Under the pieces are notes generated by a model that was not told the DNA's origin, searched no databases, and was given only the letters and a program-made list of their open reading frames with translations. From assembly GCA_002269645.1 (NCBI GenBank), contig NIVC01001110.1, positions 75,919 through 139,918 on the forward strand: a DNA stretch of 64,000 nucleotides, read 5' to 3'. Below, piece after piece: positions 10,560 through 23,315 of this stretch. The DNA comes from Macrostomum lignano (lineage: Eukaryota). Numbering within the stretch: position 1 is the stretch's first letter; each line of letters opens with the position of its first letter. Made by a program: the position numbers and the translations under genes.

Positions 10560-13500
10560 AAACACAAAAAAGCACAATGTCAAACATTAAAGAGCCACCA
10601 TGTCAAACATTAAAGAGCCACCATGTCGACCATTAAAGAGCCACCATGTCGACCATTAAAGAGCCACCATGTCGAACATTAAAGAGCTACCATGTCGAAC
10701 ATTAAAGAGCCACCATGTCGACCATTAAAGAGCCACCATGTCGAACATTAAAGAGCCACCATGTCCAACATACACATGACTCCATGTTGAACATTCAAGA
10801 GCTACCATGTCAAACATATACATGACGCCATGTCGAACATAAAAGAGCCACCATGTCGAACATTAAAAAGCCACCATGTCAAACATTAAAGAGCCACCAT
10901 TTCAACCCTAAAAGAGCCACCATGTCGAACATTAAAGAGCAACCAGGTCAAACATATACATGACTCCATGTCGAACATTGAAGAGCCACCATGTCGAACA
11001 TTAAAGGGCCACCATGTCAAATATTAAAGGGCCACCATGTCAAATATTAAAGAGCCACCATGTCAAACATTAAAGAGCCACCAGGTCAAACATGAAAGTG
11101 CCACCATGTCTAACATTAAAGAGCCACCATGGCAGACATATACATGACTCTATGTCGAACATTCAAGAGCTACCATGTCAAACATATACATGACTCCATG
11201 TCAAACATTAAAGAGACACTATGTCAAACATTAAAGAGCCACCAGGTCAAACATGAAAGTGCCACCATGTAACACATTAAAGAGCCACCATGTCGAACAT
11301 TTAAGAACCACCATGTCAAACATAAAATAGCCACCATGTGAAACATATACGTGACTTCATGTAAAACATTAAAGAGCTACCATATCAGACATATACATGA
11401 CTCCATGTCAAACATATACGTGACTCCATGTTAGACATTAAAGAGCCACCATGTCGAACATTAAAGAGCCAACATGTTAAAAATACAAGAGCCACCATGT
11501 CAAACATATACATGACTCCATGTCTAACATTAAAGAGCCACCATGTCGAACATTTAAGAGCCACCATGTCAAACATATACATGACTCCATGTTGAACATT
11601 CAAGAGCTACCATGTCAAACATATACATGACTCCATGTTGAACATTCAAGAGCTACCATGTCAAACATATACATGACGCCATGTCGAACATAAAAGAGCC
11701 ACCATGTAAAACATATACGTGACTCCATGTCAAACATTGAAGAGCCACCATATCGAACATAAAAGGGCCACCATGTCAAATATTAAAGAGCCACCATGTC
11801 AAACATTAAAGAGCCACCAGGTCAAACATGAAAGTGCCACCATGTCTAACATTAAAGAGCCACCATGGCAGACATATACATGACTCTATGTCGAACATTC
11901 AAGAGCTACCATGTCAAACATATACATGACTCCATGTCAAACATTAAAGAGACACTATGTCAAACATTAAAGAGCCACCAGGTCAAACATGAAAGTGCCA
12001 CCATGTAACACATTAAAGAGCCACCATGTCGAACATTTAAGAACCACCATGTCAAACATAAAATAGCCACCATGTCAAACATATACATGACTCCATGTCA
12101 AACATTGAAGAGACACCATGTCGAACATAAAAGAGCCACCATGCAAAACATTAAAGAGACACTATGTCTAACATTAAAGAGCCACCATGCCGAACATTTA
12201 AGAGCCACCATGTCAAACATATACATGACTCCATGTTGAACATTCAAGAGCTACCATGTCAAACATATACATGACTCCATGTTGAACATTCAAGAGCTAC
12301 CATGTCAAACATATACATGACGCCATGTCGAACATAAAAGAGCCACCATGTAAAACATATACGTGACTCCATGTCAAACATTGAAGAGCCACCATATCGA
12401 ACATAAAAGGGCCACCATGTCAAATATTAAAGAGCCACCATGTCAAACATTAAAGAGCCACCAGGTCAAACATAAAATACCCAACATGTGAAACATATAC
12501 GTGACTCCATGTAAAACATTAAAGAGCTACCATATCAGGCATATGCATGACTCCATGTCAAACATATACGTGACTCCATGTTAGACAATTAAGAGCCACC
12601 ATTTCGAAAATTAAAGAGTCAACATGTTAAAAATACAAGAGCATCCATGTCAAACATATACATGACGCCATGTCAAACATTGAAGAGACACCATGTCGAA
12701 CATAAAAGAGCCACCATGCAAAACATAAAAGAGCCACCATGTCTAACATTAAAGAGCCACCATGTCAAACATATACATGACTCCATGTCAAACAGTAAAG
12801 AGACACTATGTCAAACATTAAAGAGCCACCATGTCGAACATTTAAGAGCCACCATGTCAAACATATACATGACTCCATGTTGAACATTCAAGAGCTACCA
12901 TGTCAAACATATACATGACGCCATGTCGAACATTAAAGAGCCACCATGTCAAACATTATAGAGCCACTATGTCGAACATTTAAGAGCCACCATGTCAAAC
13001 ATATACATGACTTTATGTTGAACATTAAAGAGCCACCATGTCGAACATTTAAGAGCTACCATGTGAAACATGTACATGACTCCATGTCGAACATTACAGA
13101 GCCACCATATCAAAGATAAAAGAGCCACCATGTCAAACATAAAAGAGCCACCATGTCAAATATTAAAGAGCCACCAGGTCAAACATGAAAGTGCCACCAT
13201 GTAAAACATTAAAGAGCCACCATGTCAAACATATACGTAACTCCATGTCAAACATTGAAGAGACCCCATGTCAAACATTAAAGAGCCACCATGTCCAACA
13301 TAAAAGAGTCACCATGTAAAACATATACGTAACTCCATGTCGAACATTGAAGCGACACCATGTCGAACATAAAAGAGCCACCATGTCGAACATAAAAGAG
13401 CTACCATGTCAAACATTAAAGAGCCACCATGTCAAACATATAAGTGACTTTATGTCGAACATTAAAGAGCCACCATGTCTAACATTAAAAAGCCACCATG

Positions 13501-14020
13501 TCCAACATTAAAGAGCCACCATGTCAAAAAGTAAAGAGCCACCATGTCTAACATTTAAGAGCCATCATGTCAAACATTAAAGAGCTACTTTGTCTAACAT
13601 TAAAGAGCCACCATGTCAAACATTAAAGAGCCACCATGTCAAACATTAAAGAGCCACCATGTCAAACATAAAAGAGCCAATTTTTTGAACATTAAAGAGC
13701 CACCATGTCAAACATAATAGAGCCACCATGTCAAACATAATAGAGCCACCATGTCAAACATTAAAAAGCCACTTTGTCAAACATAGAAGAGCTCCCATGT
13801 CAAACATAGAAGAGCCCCCATGTCAAACATAGAAGAGCCCCCATGTCAAACATAGAAGAGCCACCATGTCAGACATTGAAAAGCCACCGTATCAAACATA
13901 AAAGAGTTACCATGTACGAGCGTAGAACAAAAAAGAGCCACAATGTATAACATAAAAGAGCCACAATGTAGAACATAAAAGAGCCACCCTGTTAAACATA
14001 AAAGATACACAATTTCAAAC
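10560..14020 (+). repeat. 23-bp satellite (GAGCCACCATGTCAAACATTAAA and variant TGACTCCATGTCAAACATATACA), about 150 monomers
   Basis: Direct reading; two interspersed monomer types. Confidence 0.97.
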
Positions 14021-14094
14021 GTAAAAGTAAGCGAATTTTAAAGGAGCCGCTATAATGCTAAGGAAATTGTCGCACTAGCTACTTATTGTCTGGT

Positions 14095-14552
14095 GGATGC
14101 TTACTATTTGGGGATGCTATCTATCTTGGGGATGCTTGCTATCTTGGGATGCTTGCTATCTGGGGGATGCTTGCTATCTGGGGGATGCTTGCTATCTGGG
14201 GGATGCTTGCTATCTGGGGGATGCTTGCTATCTGAGGGATGCTTGCTATCTGGGGGATGCTTGCTATCTGGGGGATGCTTGCTATCTGAGGGATGCTTGC
14301 TATCTGGGGGATGCTTGCTCTCTGGGGGATGCTTGCTATCCGGGGGATGCTTGCTATCTGGGGGATGCTTGAAATCTGGGGGATGCTTGCTATCTGAGGG
14401 ATGCTTGCTATCTGGGGGATGCTTGCTATCTGGTGGACGCTTGCTATCTGGGGGATGCTTGCTATCTTGGGGATGCTTGCTATCTGGGGATGCTTGCTAT
14501 CTTGGGGATGCTTGCTATCTGGGGGATGCTTGCTATCTGGGGGATGCTTGCG
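14095..14552 (+). repeat. 18-bp minisatellite (GGGGGATGCTTGCTATCT)n near the Helitron A 3' end
   Basis: Gives the 6-aa periodic ORFs LLSGGC / DACYLG. Confidence 0.95.
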
Positions 14553-15289
14553 GTCTTGGGATGATTTCTTTTTGCAATGCACTTCATTTGAGCAGTTTGT
14601 CTGTTGTCTTTTTGAAGGATTTTTGGCTGTTTTTTTGTTACTTGTAGAGAACAGAGATTCTATCCAGATGTCCCCCATCGGGGGGCGAAGATTACTAGTC
14701 CCATATACTAAAAATGAGTTGTCTGTGGGTATGCGATTGATTTCAGAAAAATTGGCTCAACCGATTTTCTTCAAACTTGCACCATTCGATCAGAAATTTT
14801 CCTGGGACGGTACATGCATCTTGGCTAAGAAATTGCTCAATGTTAAAGGGATTAAATATTCGAAAAACATGCTTTTTAGCAAAGGTCAAGCAGCTCTTTC
14901 GACCTGAAATCATTGTAAGAATGCTACAAAAAACTGAATGGCTAAATTCCGATTGTGAAAAAGATTGCATCACAAAAAGTTGAAAACAGTGCCGAAGAAA
15001 TGCAGACACGACTTGATTTAAATTGCGTAACCAATATTGCTAACTTAAATTGACACTGATACTGGCTGACTGAGAAATTGATTATGTCATAACTTTTTAC
15101 TCTAACTGACTTGCTATAAGAATTTAATTATAAGGGCCACAATTCATGTTCTCCAATTGACAAGAGATAGCATAGATGCGAACAGACTGGACTGCTAATG
15201 CAGCGACCTGGGTTCGAATCTTAGTAGTGCAAAAATATTTTTTTATTCAAAAACCTTAAAAACACAAAATGCTAAACACAAAAAAGCAC

Positions 15290-17510
15290 AATTTCAAATA
15301 TTAAAGAGCCACCATGTCGAACATATATGTGACTCCATGTGGAACATAAAAGGACCACCATGCCAAACATAAAAGAACCATCATGTCAAACATATACGTG
15401 ACTCCATGTCGAACATTAAACAGCCACCATGTCGAACATTAAAGAGCCACAATGCCTAACATAAAAGACCCACCATGTCAAAAATATACGTGACTCCATG
15501 TAGAACATTAAAGAGCCACCATGTCGAACATTAAAGAGCCACCATGTCGAACATTAAAGAGCCACAATGCCTAACATAAAAGACCCACCATGTCAAACAT
15601 ATACGTGACTCCAAGTCAAACATTAAAGCGCCACCATTTCAAACATATATGTGACTCCATGTCAGGCATAAAGGAGCCACCATGTCAAACATTAAAGGGC
15701 CACCATGTCGAACATAAATGCGCCACCATGTCAAACATACACGTGACTCCATGTAAAAAAATTAAAGAGCCACCATGCTAAACATACACGTGACTCCATG
15801 TAAAAAAATTAAAGAGCCACCATGCCAAACATACACGTGACTCCATGTCAAACATTAAAGAGCCACCATGTCGAACATATATGTGACTCCATGTCGAACA
15901 TTGAAGAGCCATCATGTCTAACATTAAAGAGCCACCATGTCTAACATTAAAAAGCCACCATGTCAAATATTAAAGAGCCACCATTTCAAACCTAAAAGAG
16001 CCACCATTTCGAAAGTTAAAGAGCCACCATGTCAAACATTAAACAGCCACCATGTCGAACATACAAGAGCCACCTTGTCAAACATAAAAGAGCCACCATA
16101 TCGAAAATAAAACAGCCACGATGAAGAACATTAAAGAGCCACCATGTCGAACATTAAAAGAGCCACCATGTAGAATATTAAAGAGCCACTATGTCGAACA
16201 TAAAAAAGCCACCATGTCCAACAGTAAAGAGCCACCTTGTCAAATATTAAAGAGCCACCATTTCAAACCTAAAAGAGCCACCATGTCGAACATACAAGAG
16301 CCACCTTATCAAACATTAAAGAGCCACCATGTCGAACATAAAAGAGCCACCATTTCAAACCTAAAAGAGCCACCATTTTGAACATACAAGAGCCACCTTA
16401 TCAAACATAAAAAAGCCATCATGTCAAACATAAAAGAGCCACCATGAAAAACATTAAAGAGCCACTATGTCGAACATTAAAAAGCCACCATGTCGAACAT
16501 AAAAGAGCCACCATGTAGAACATAAAAGAGCCACCATGTCAAACATAAAAAGCCACCATGTCAAACATAAAAGAGCCACCATGTCAAACATAAAAGAGCC
16601 ACTGTGTCAAACATAGAAGAGCCACCATGTCAAACATATATGTGACTCCATGTCAAACAGTAAAAAACCACCATGTCAAGCATAAAAGAGCCACCATGTC
16701 AAACATAAAAGAACCTCCATGCGAACATAAAAGAGCCACCATGTCAAACATAAAAGAGCCACCATGTCAAACATATATGTGACTCCATGTCAAACAGTAA
16801 AAAACCGCCATGTCAAGCATAAAAGAGCCACCATGTCGAACATAAAAGAACCTCCATGCGAACATAAAAGAGCCACCATGTCAAACATTAAAGAGCCACA
16901 ATGTCAAACATTAAAGAGCCACCATGTCGAAAAATAAAGAGCCACCATGTCGAACATTAAAGAGCCACCATGTCAAACATTAAAGAGCCACCATGTCGAA
17001 CATTAAAGAGCCACCATGTCAAACATAAAAGAGCCACTATGTCAAACATTAAAGAGACACCATGTCAGACATTAAAAAACCCCGAATCAAATATAGATGG
17101 GATATAAGTGAAATGGTTGCACTAGCTACTTATTGTCTGGTAGATGCTTACTATTTGGGGATGCTTGCTATCTGGGGGATGCTTGCTATCTGGGAGGGGG
17201 GATGCTTCCTATCTGGGGGATGCTTGTTATCTGGGGGTGCTTGCTATTTGGGGGATGCTTGCTATCTGGGGGATGCTTGCTATCTGGGGGAATATTAAAG
17301 AGCCACTATGTCAAACATAAAAGAGCCACCATGCCAAACATTAAACAGCCACCATGTCAAACATTAAAGAGCCACCATGTCAAACATTAAAGAGCCACCA
17401 TTTGGGGGATGCTTGAATGGGGGGATTTGGGGGATGCTTTTTTGTTTCGAACATAAAAGAGCCCCCATGTAAACATTAAAGAGCCACCATGTCAAACATA
17501 AAAGATACAC
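15290..17510 (+). repeat. 23-bp satellite in Helitron B, interrupted at ~17095-17290 by a duplicated pre-terminal module with 18-bp repeats
   Basis: Same monomer as 10560-14020. GGTTGCACTAGCTACTTATTGTC plus an 18-mer array occurs at ~17115 and again at ~17575. Confidence 0.93.
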
Positions 17511-17604
17511 AATTTCAAACGTAAAAGTAAGCGTCATGCCAATTTTAAAGGAGCCACTATAGAACTAAGGAAATGGTTGCACTAGCTACTTATTGTCAGG
17601 TGGA

Positions 17605-17872
17605 TGCTCACTATTTGGGGATGCTTGCTATCTAGGGGATGCTTGCTATTTGGGAGATGCTTGCTATCTGGGGGATGCTTGCTATCTAGGGGATGCTTGC
17701 TATTTGGGGGATGCTTGCTATCTGGGGGATGCTTGCTATCTGGGGGATGCTTGCTATCTGGGGGATGCTTGCTATCTGGGGGATGCTTGCTATCTGGGGG
17801 ATGCTTGCTATCTGGGGGATGCTTGCTATCTGGTGGATGCTTGCATTCTGGGGGATGCTTGCTGTCTTGGGA
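17605..17872 (+). repeat. 18-bp minisatellite near the Helitron B 3' end
   Basis: (GGGGGATGCTTGCTATCT)n. Confidence 0.95.
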
Positions 17873-19434
17873 TGATTTCTTTTTGCATTACACTTTATTT
17901 GAGCAGTTTTTCTGTTGTCTTAGTGAAGGCTTTATTTGGCTGTCTTTTTGTTACTTGTAGAGAACAGAGATTCTATCCAGATGTCCCCCAACGGGGGGCG
18001 AAGATTGCTAGTAAATAAAGAAAATCAAAAACTGTACAGGGCAATAGAGGAATGGGTTCAGTCCAGTCAATAATAATATATTAAGAGATGAAAAATAAAT
18101 TAACCAATTTACAGCTCAACATTTTCTAGGCTTTGTGTGGGTTTGCGGCTCTCTCCCCACCAATATTGTTTGCTCTGTGTTTGTTCTGTGTAATGGCCTA
18201 ATAATTTATTTTATTTTTTGTCTCTTAATATACAAATTAAATGTTAATTAATGAAAAAAAGTAAAACAAAAAATTGCAAATCGGTTAACTTGGACTTTCA
18301 AACAGATTTTTTGTGTTTTTTACTCATTTTTTCAACAATGTAAAGCATGAAAACAATAGTTTTTTTCCAGAACTCTTTTTTATTAAAGACTTATCTGTCT
18401 TTCAAAAGCTTTTTTAGATACATTACCTTTCATTGAATGTCTGCAGATTTGTTTTACCATTTTATCCCACATTTTTGGATTTTGCCATAAGTCAGCTATA
18501 AGCCTAAAATACATAAATTCTTTGTAGAAAAATACTTTTTGCCATTTTTTGCTAAATCTAATGGCTTTAATTCCTTTTTCCTTCTTTATTAGACATAATT
18601 TAGCATATTAAAATTTGTTTTTTTTCATATTAGTAACAACAAAGGTAACCTATTAAAACTGTAATAATAGTAGGAATTTGTCAAATTTTAAATATATATT
18701 TAAATGTTAAAGATAGAAACTTATATACTTATATCTTTTATATATGTCAACTAATATAAAAGATTAGTTGACAAATGAAAAGTACTTTTTATTGACTTTG
18801 GATTTTATTTTATAGTGACTGTATCCTTGAACTTAGCATTTTTATTCAATTTTAAAAATATAAAAGGCTTGTTTTATGTGTCAGCTTTTTTAATTTGTTT
18901 TTTTTCTATAAAATGGTGATAAAATTTTGTTTATTTTGATTCTAATAAAAGCCAGATATTTATAGAAAAAGTATTTTTTTATGAAATTTTTATTCTTTTT
19001 TTAGTTTATACTAGCGCATCAAGCCCCTCCTCATGGTGGCATTAAAATTCAAAATTCAAACATTAAAAGCATTAAAAACATTGTTTTTGAATATTTGACC
19101 CATTTTTTTAAGTTACAGTTATGGTATAAGTTTTATATACCAATTTGCTAAATGAATATGAATTAATTGGGCTCATTAAATACTGCCCCTATCTGCAATT
19201 GTGCTACTTTATATGTGTTATAAAATATCACAAGATCAGAGCAGATTCGGGGGTTAATGAAAAATTTCATTGCATTGCAAAGTTATTCATTCATTATATT
19301 TGCTTTTTTTCTGTACAATTCTAAAAAACTATAGTTTAATAACTAACTCCAACTAATTATATATATAACTATTTGCTATCTATTAATTGTCAACAAATAG
19401 AATAAGCTACTTACTACTAATTCCACTATGCTAA

Positions 19435-20125
19435 CAAATGGCTCATCTAATTTTCATAAAACTTAACCATTTAATTAGAAATTTTTGATTGATGTTACAT
19501 GCATTGTGGCCAAGAAATTGTTTCAATGCTAAAGGGATTAAATATTCGAAAACAAGCTTTTTGCAAAGGTCAAACAGACTTTTCAACTTGAAATGCACTG
19601 TAAGAATGCTAGAAAAGAATGACTGAGTTCTGATTCTAATAAAGATTGCATCACAACTGAATTGTGACTCTGACTTGAGTTGTGTCACATTGTAGAAAAA
19701 AGCAGTATGGAAGCATAGTATAAGACTTGACATACATGCGCAACTTTGGGAATCACCCGGCCATTTCTATTGGCAACACACACATGTAAGTCGCTATTGG
19801 CTGAGAGCAGTCACGTGACTACTATTCCATCCAATAGCGACTTACATGTGTGTGTTGCCAATAGAAACGGCCGAGGGAATCCCAAGGTTGTGCCCAAGCA
19901 TGAGACTTGATTTAGATTGCATAACCATATTAATTTTGAGACTCATGCTTTCTGCTTGAAAAATTCATTATGCCATAACTGCTTCATGTGAATTTTACTC
20001 CAACTGACTTGATTTGAGTTTTGAATTATATAAGTGCTATAATTGATGTTATTGAAACAATGAGAGCTAGCCTAGACATAAACAGACTGAACTGCTAATG
20101 TAGCAACATGGGTTTGAATTTTAAC
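19435..20125 (+). mobile_element. Older degenerate copy of the Helitron head region (copy C)
   Basis: AAAGGGATTAAATATTCGAAAA...GCAAAGGTCAA...GTAAGAATGCTAGA...CTGCTAATG...GGGTTTGAAT is colinear with 10045-10510. Confidence 0.75.
19731..19902. mobile_element. 172-bp foldback MITE with 8-bp TSD (hAT-like signature) inserted in Helitron copy C
   Basis: TSD AGACTTGA at 19723-19730 and 19903-19910. Near-perfect internal inverted arms of ~40 bp (GGCCATTTCTATTGGCAACACACACATGTAAGTCGCTATTGG and its reverse complement). CA...TG termini. Confidence 0.85.
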
Positions 20126-20444
20126 TTACTACTGAAATAAAAGTAGCTCACCTTCAGATTTGCCAAGTGGCCTATCTAATAACTATGAGTTATAGGAAAA
20201 AGGAAACTTAGATTTAATTGAATCCATACTGGAATAATCTGTTTTGGCACTGAGACAAGATCACACATTTACATTGGATTTACAAGATGTATGTTAATTG
20301 TTCAATACCAACCCTGCTCAAAAGTTCATTATATTTAAATATTTAGGCCTATCTTAGGACTTTATTAATTTATTCTTTTAAGGATAAGACACAGTGTAAA
20401 GAGTAATTTATTACATATAACTACCCCATTATTCGCACCTCAAG

Positions 20445-20643
20445 CGCCCAGGTGGTGATGAACGCCGCGATCATTATGATGCACCGCCTGTTAATCTATT
20501 GGCCATCGCACAAGCTGCCACTGGGCAAAGTGGCCGCCGCCTGTTTCTTTTTGGCCGCCAAAATGGAGGATTGCCCACGTCGGCTGGCCTACGTTGTGCA
20601 GCAGTACTTTCGACACGAGCGACAGGTGGCTGATATCAAACAG
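20445..20643 (+). CDS. CCNT: Cyclin T exon 2 (cyclin box)
   Basis: AQVVMNAAIIMMHRL...AAACFFLAAKMEDCPRRL aligns to SQLTINTAIVYMHRF...AALFLAAKVEEQPKKL. Acceptor CAAG|C, donor CAG|GTGAGA. Confidence 0.9.
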
Positions 20644-20838
20644 GTGAGAAAAATATATAAAATGAGATTCGAACTCGCGCGAGTTCAGTAACTGAAATGA
20701 GTCACTGAGTTCTTTGTCTTTGTTAACCTGGTTTCTACTTTTATTATCAGTTTGCTAAGTGCGCGGCCACCAAAATTAATAAGCCGATATGTATCGAAAA
20801 ATAACTTTAAAAACGGGTTTTTTTCCATTAATTTGCAG

Positions 20839-21267
20839 GTGAGCGACGAGGAGATGTCGCAAGTCGGCGAAGAGATCGTGCTGCTGGAGAGCCTTATCCT
20901 GCCCTGCCTCGGCTTCAACCTGACCATCACGCATCCGCACAATATGCTTAGTCGGGGCTGTCGCGCTTTGAATCTGCCCAGACCCTTGATCCAGACGGCC
21001 TATTACAACTGTACCAATCTGCTGCACCTCACCATGATGGTGCTCAGACTCCGACCGGAGACTCTGGCAGCCGCTTGCGTTCAGATGGCCGCCTCTTGGA
21101 GCAACACTGATCTGCCATCCGTCACTGAGACTGACGGCAAGTATTGGTTTAATTACTTCGATCCCAGCATGACGCCCGAACTGCTCAAAGCTGCCGTAGA
21201 CGAGTGCATCGCCGAGCTCACTAAAGTGCCGCCAGAGGAGAAGAAGACGGTTAAGCTTCTTACTAAG
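20839..21267 (+). CDS. CCNT: Cyclin T exon 3
   Basis: EIVLLESLILPCLGFNLTITHPH matches the cyclin T [23 protein letters not shown] motif. TTGCAG| acceptor, AAG|GTGAGC donor. Confidence 0.92.
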
Positions 21268-21439
21268 GTGAGCTATCTGCTTTGCGGCTGTTGGGCCAGT
21301 GAGATTGGACCTACGGTGCAAAAATGGTGTAAGCAGTAAGTTTGTACTGTAATAATTGGTAGTGTGTGTTAATGGTGTGGCGTGTTTAGGGGTAGTGTTT
21401 AGAGTATAATGTGATTACAGGGTGGTGTGAACAGAAGTA

Positions 21440-22118
21440 GGGTAGATAGGAGGGGTAGGGTGAACAGGAGGGGGGTAGGGTGAACAGGAGGGGTGCTAGG
21501 GTGAACAGGAGGGGTGCTAGGGTGAACAGGAGGGGTGCTAGGGTGAACAGAAGGGGTGGTATGGTGAATAGGAGGGGTGGTAGGGTGAACAAGAGGGGTG
21601 ATAAAGTGAACAGGAGTGTGCTAGGGTGAACAGGAGGGGTGGTAGGGTGAACAGGAGGGTGGTAGGGTGAACAGGAGGGTGGTAGGGTGAACAGGAGGGG
21701 TGGTAGGGTGAACAGGAGGGGTGGTAGGGTGAACAGGAGGGGTGGTAGGGTGAACAGGAGGGGTGGTAGGGTGAACAGGAGGGGATAAGGGTGAACAGGA
21801 GGGGTGGTAGGGTGAACAGGAGGGGTGGTAGGGTGAACAGGAGGGGTGGTAGGGTGAACAGGAGGGGTGGTAGGGTGAACAGGAGGGGTGGTAGGGTGAA
21901 CAGGAGGGGTGGTAGGGTGAACAGGAGGGGTGCTAGGGTGAACAGGAGGGGTGCTAGGGTGAACAGGAGGGGTGGTAGGGTGAACAGGAGGGGTGGTAGG
22001 GTGAACAGGAGGGGTGGTAGGGTGAACAGGAGGGGTGGTGGGGTGAACAGGAGGGGTGGTGGGGTGAATAGGAGGGGTGCTAGGGTGAACAGGAGGGTGT
22101 TAGGGTGAACAGGAGGGG
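21440..22118 (+). repeat. G-rich 21-bp minisatellite (GGGTGAACAGGAGGGGTGGTA)n in cyclin T intron 3
   Basis: Gives the 7-aa periodic ORF VNRRGGR. Confidence 0.96.
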
Positions 22119-22439
22119 TAATGTGCGAGTAGAGTCGAATATTCGATTCTATTTTAAAGCGACGAAAAGTTTTAAACGGTAATGTCCACTAGCAAGCCAA
22201 AGCAAAATATAACTGAGGAATTTGGCAGCTCACAAGCGAAATAAAAATTGCGCCAAATTCTCAATGCTTAACTAGAGCTTGCTTACATGATCGATCAGTG
22301 CCATCAATAGCTGCTTGACATTTCCAGTCAGACAAAGTGGAACTTGCAGTTCGCAGAGGGACTTACAATTTATTTAACTGGACCCACGTGATTAATCAGC
22401 TAAAGTTAAGAAGCTTAGCTACGAGCCGCATTTTACCAG

Positions 22440-23200
22440 ATCATCCTCAGGCTGGGTTGCCACCCTCCCAGATCCTCAGGTTGAGTAATCCATCCTCCCA
22501 GATCCTCAGACTGGGTTGCCATTGCCACTCTCCCAGATCCTCAGACTGAGTTGCCACCCTCCCAGATCCTCAGGCTGAGTTGCCACCCTCCCAGATCCTC
22601 AGACTGGGTTGCCACCCTCCCAGATCCTCAGACTGGGTTGCCACCCTCCCAGATCCTCAGACTGGGTTGCCACCCTCCCAGATCCTCAGGTTTAGTATCC
22701 ACCCTCCCAGATCCTCAGACTGGGTTGCCACCCTCCCAGATCCTCAGGTTTAGTATCCACCCTCCCAGATCCTCAGGTTTAGTATCCACCCTCCCAGATC
22801 CTCAGGTTTAGTATCCACCCTCCCAGATCCTCAGACTGGGTTGCCACCCTCCCAGATCCTCAGGCTGAGTTGCCACCCTCCCAGATCCTCAGACTGAGTA
22901 TCCACCCTCCCAGATCCTCAGGCTGAGTTGCCACCCTCCCAGATCCTCAGACTGAGTATCCACCCTCCCAGATCCTCAGGCTGAGTTGCCACCCTCCCAG
23001 ATCCTCAGACGGGATTGCCACCCTCCAAGATTCTCAGGTTGAGTATCCACCCTCCCAGATCCTCAGACTGGGTTGCCACCCTCCCAGATCCTCAGACTGG
23101 GTTGCCACCCTCCCAGATCCTCAGACTGGGTTGCCACCCTCCCAGATCCTCAGACTGGGTTGCCACCCTCCCAGATCCTCAAGCTGTTCGCGGCCACCCT
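22440..23200 (+). repeat. 29-bp minisatellite (GCCACCCTCCCAGATCCTCAGACTGGGTT)n in cyclin T intron 3
   Basis: Direct reading. Confidence 0.95.
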
Positions 23201-23315
23201 TCCAAATCCAGGTGAATTCTGTTTAACTTGTTTGAGCACTGGGTTAGAGCACTAGAGCACTGTTAGAGGAGTTTCAACAGAAACATCTGATAACCGCGGC
23301 TTAACCAACCCGCAG

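Larger units (their letters stand above)
9978..14698 (+). mobile_element. Non-autonomous Helitron, copy A (4.7 kb), with internal 23-bp and 18-bp satellites
   Basis: 5' A|TCCTATATACTAAAAATGAG. 3' hairpin CCCCC-ATC-GGGGGG (14672-14685), then CTAG at 14695-14698. Confidence 0.85.
14699..18011 (+). mobile_element. Non-autonomous Helitron, copy B (3.3 kb), directly abutting copy A
   Basis: Starts TCCCATATACTAAAAATGAG immediately after the CTAG of copy A. Its ~590-bp head is near-identical to 9978-10560. Ends with hairpin CCCCC-AAC-GGGGGG (17985-17998) and CTAG|T at 18008-18012. Confidence 0.85.

Noticed and set aside
10560-14020. p53 response elements in the CATG-containing 23-bp satellite
   Set aside because: Flanks do not fit RRRCWWGYYY on either strand in the dominant monomer.
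14093-14907. Cys/Gly-rich ORFs (LLSGGC repeats) and similar ORFs at 17593-18018
   Set aside because: Products of the 18-bp minisatellite inside the Helitrons.
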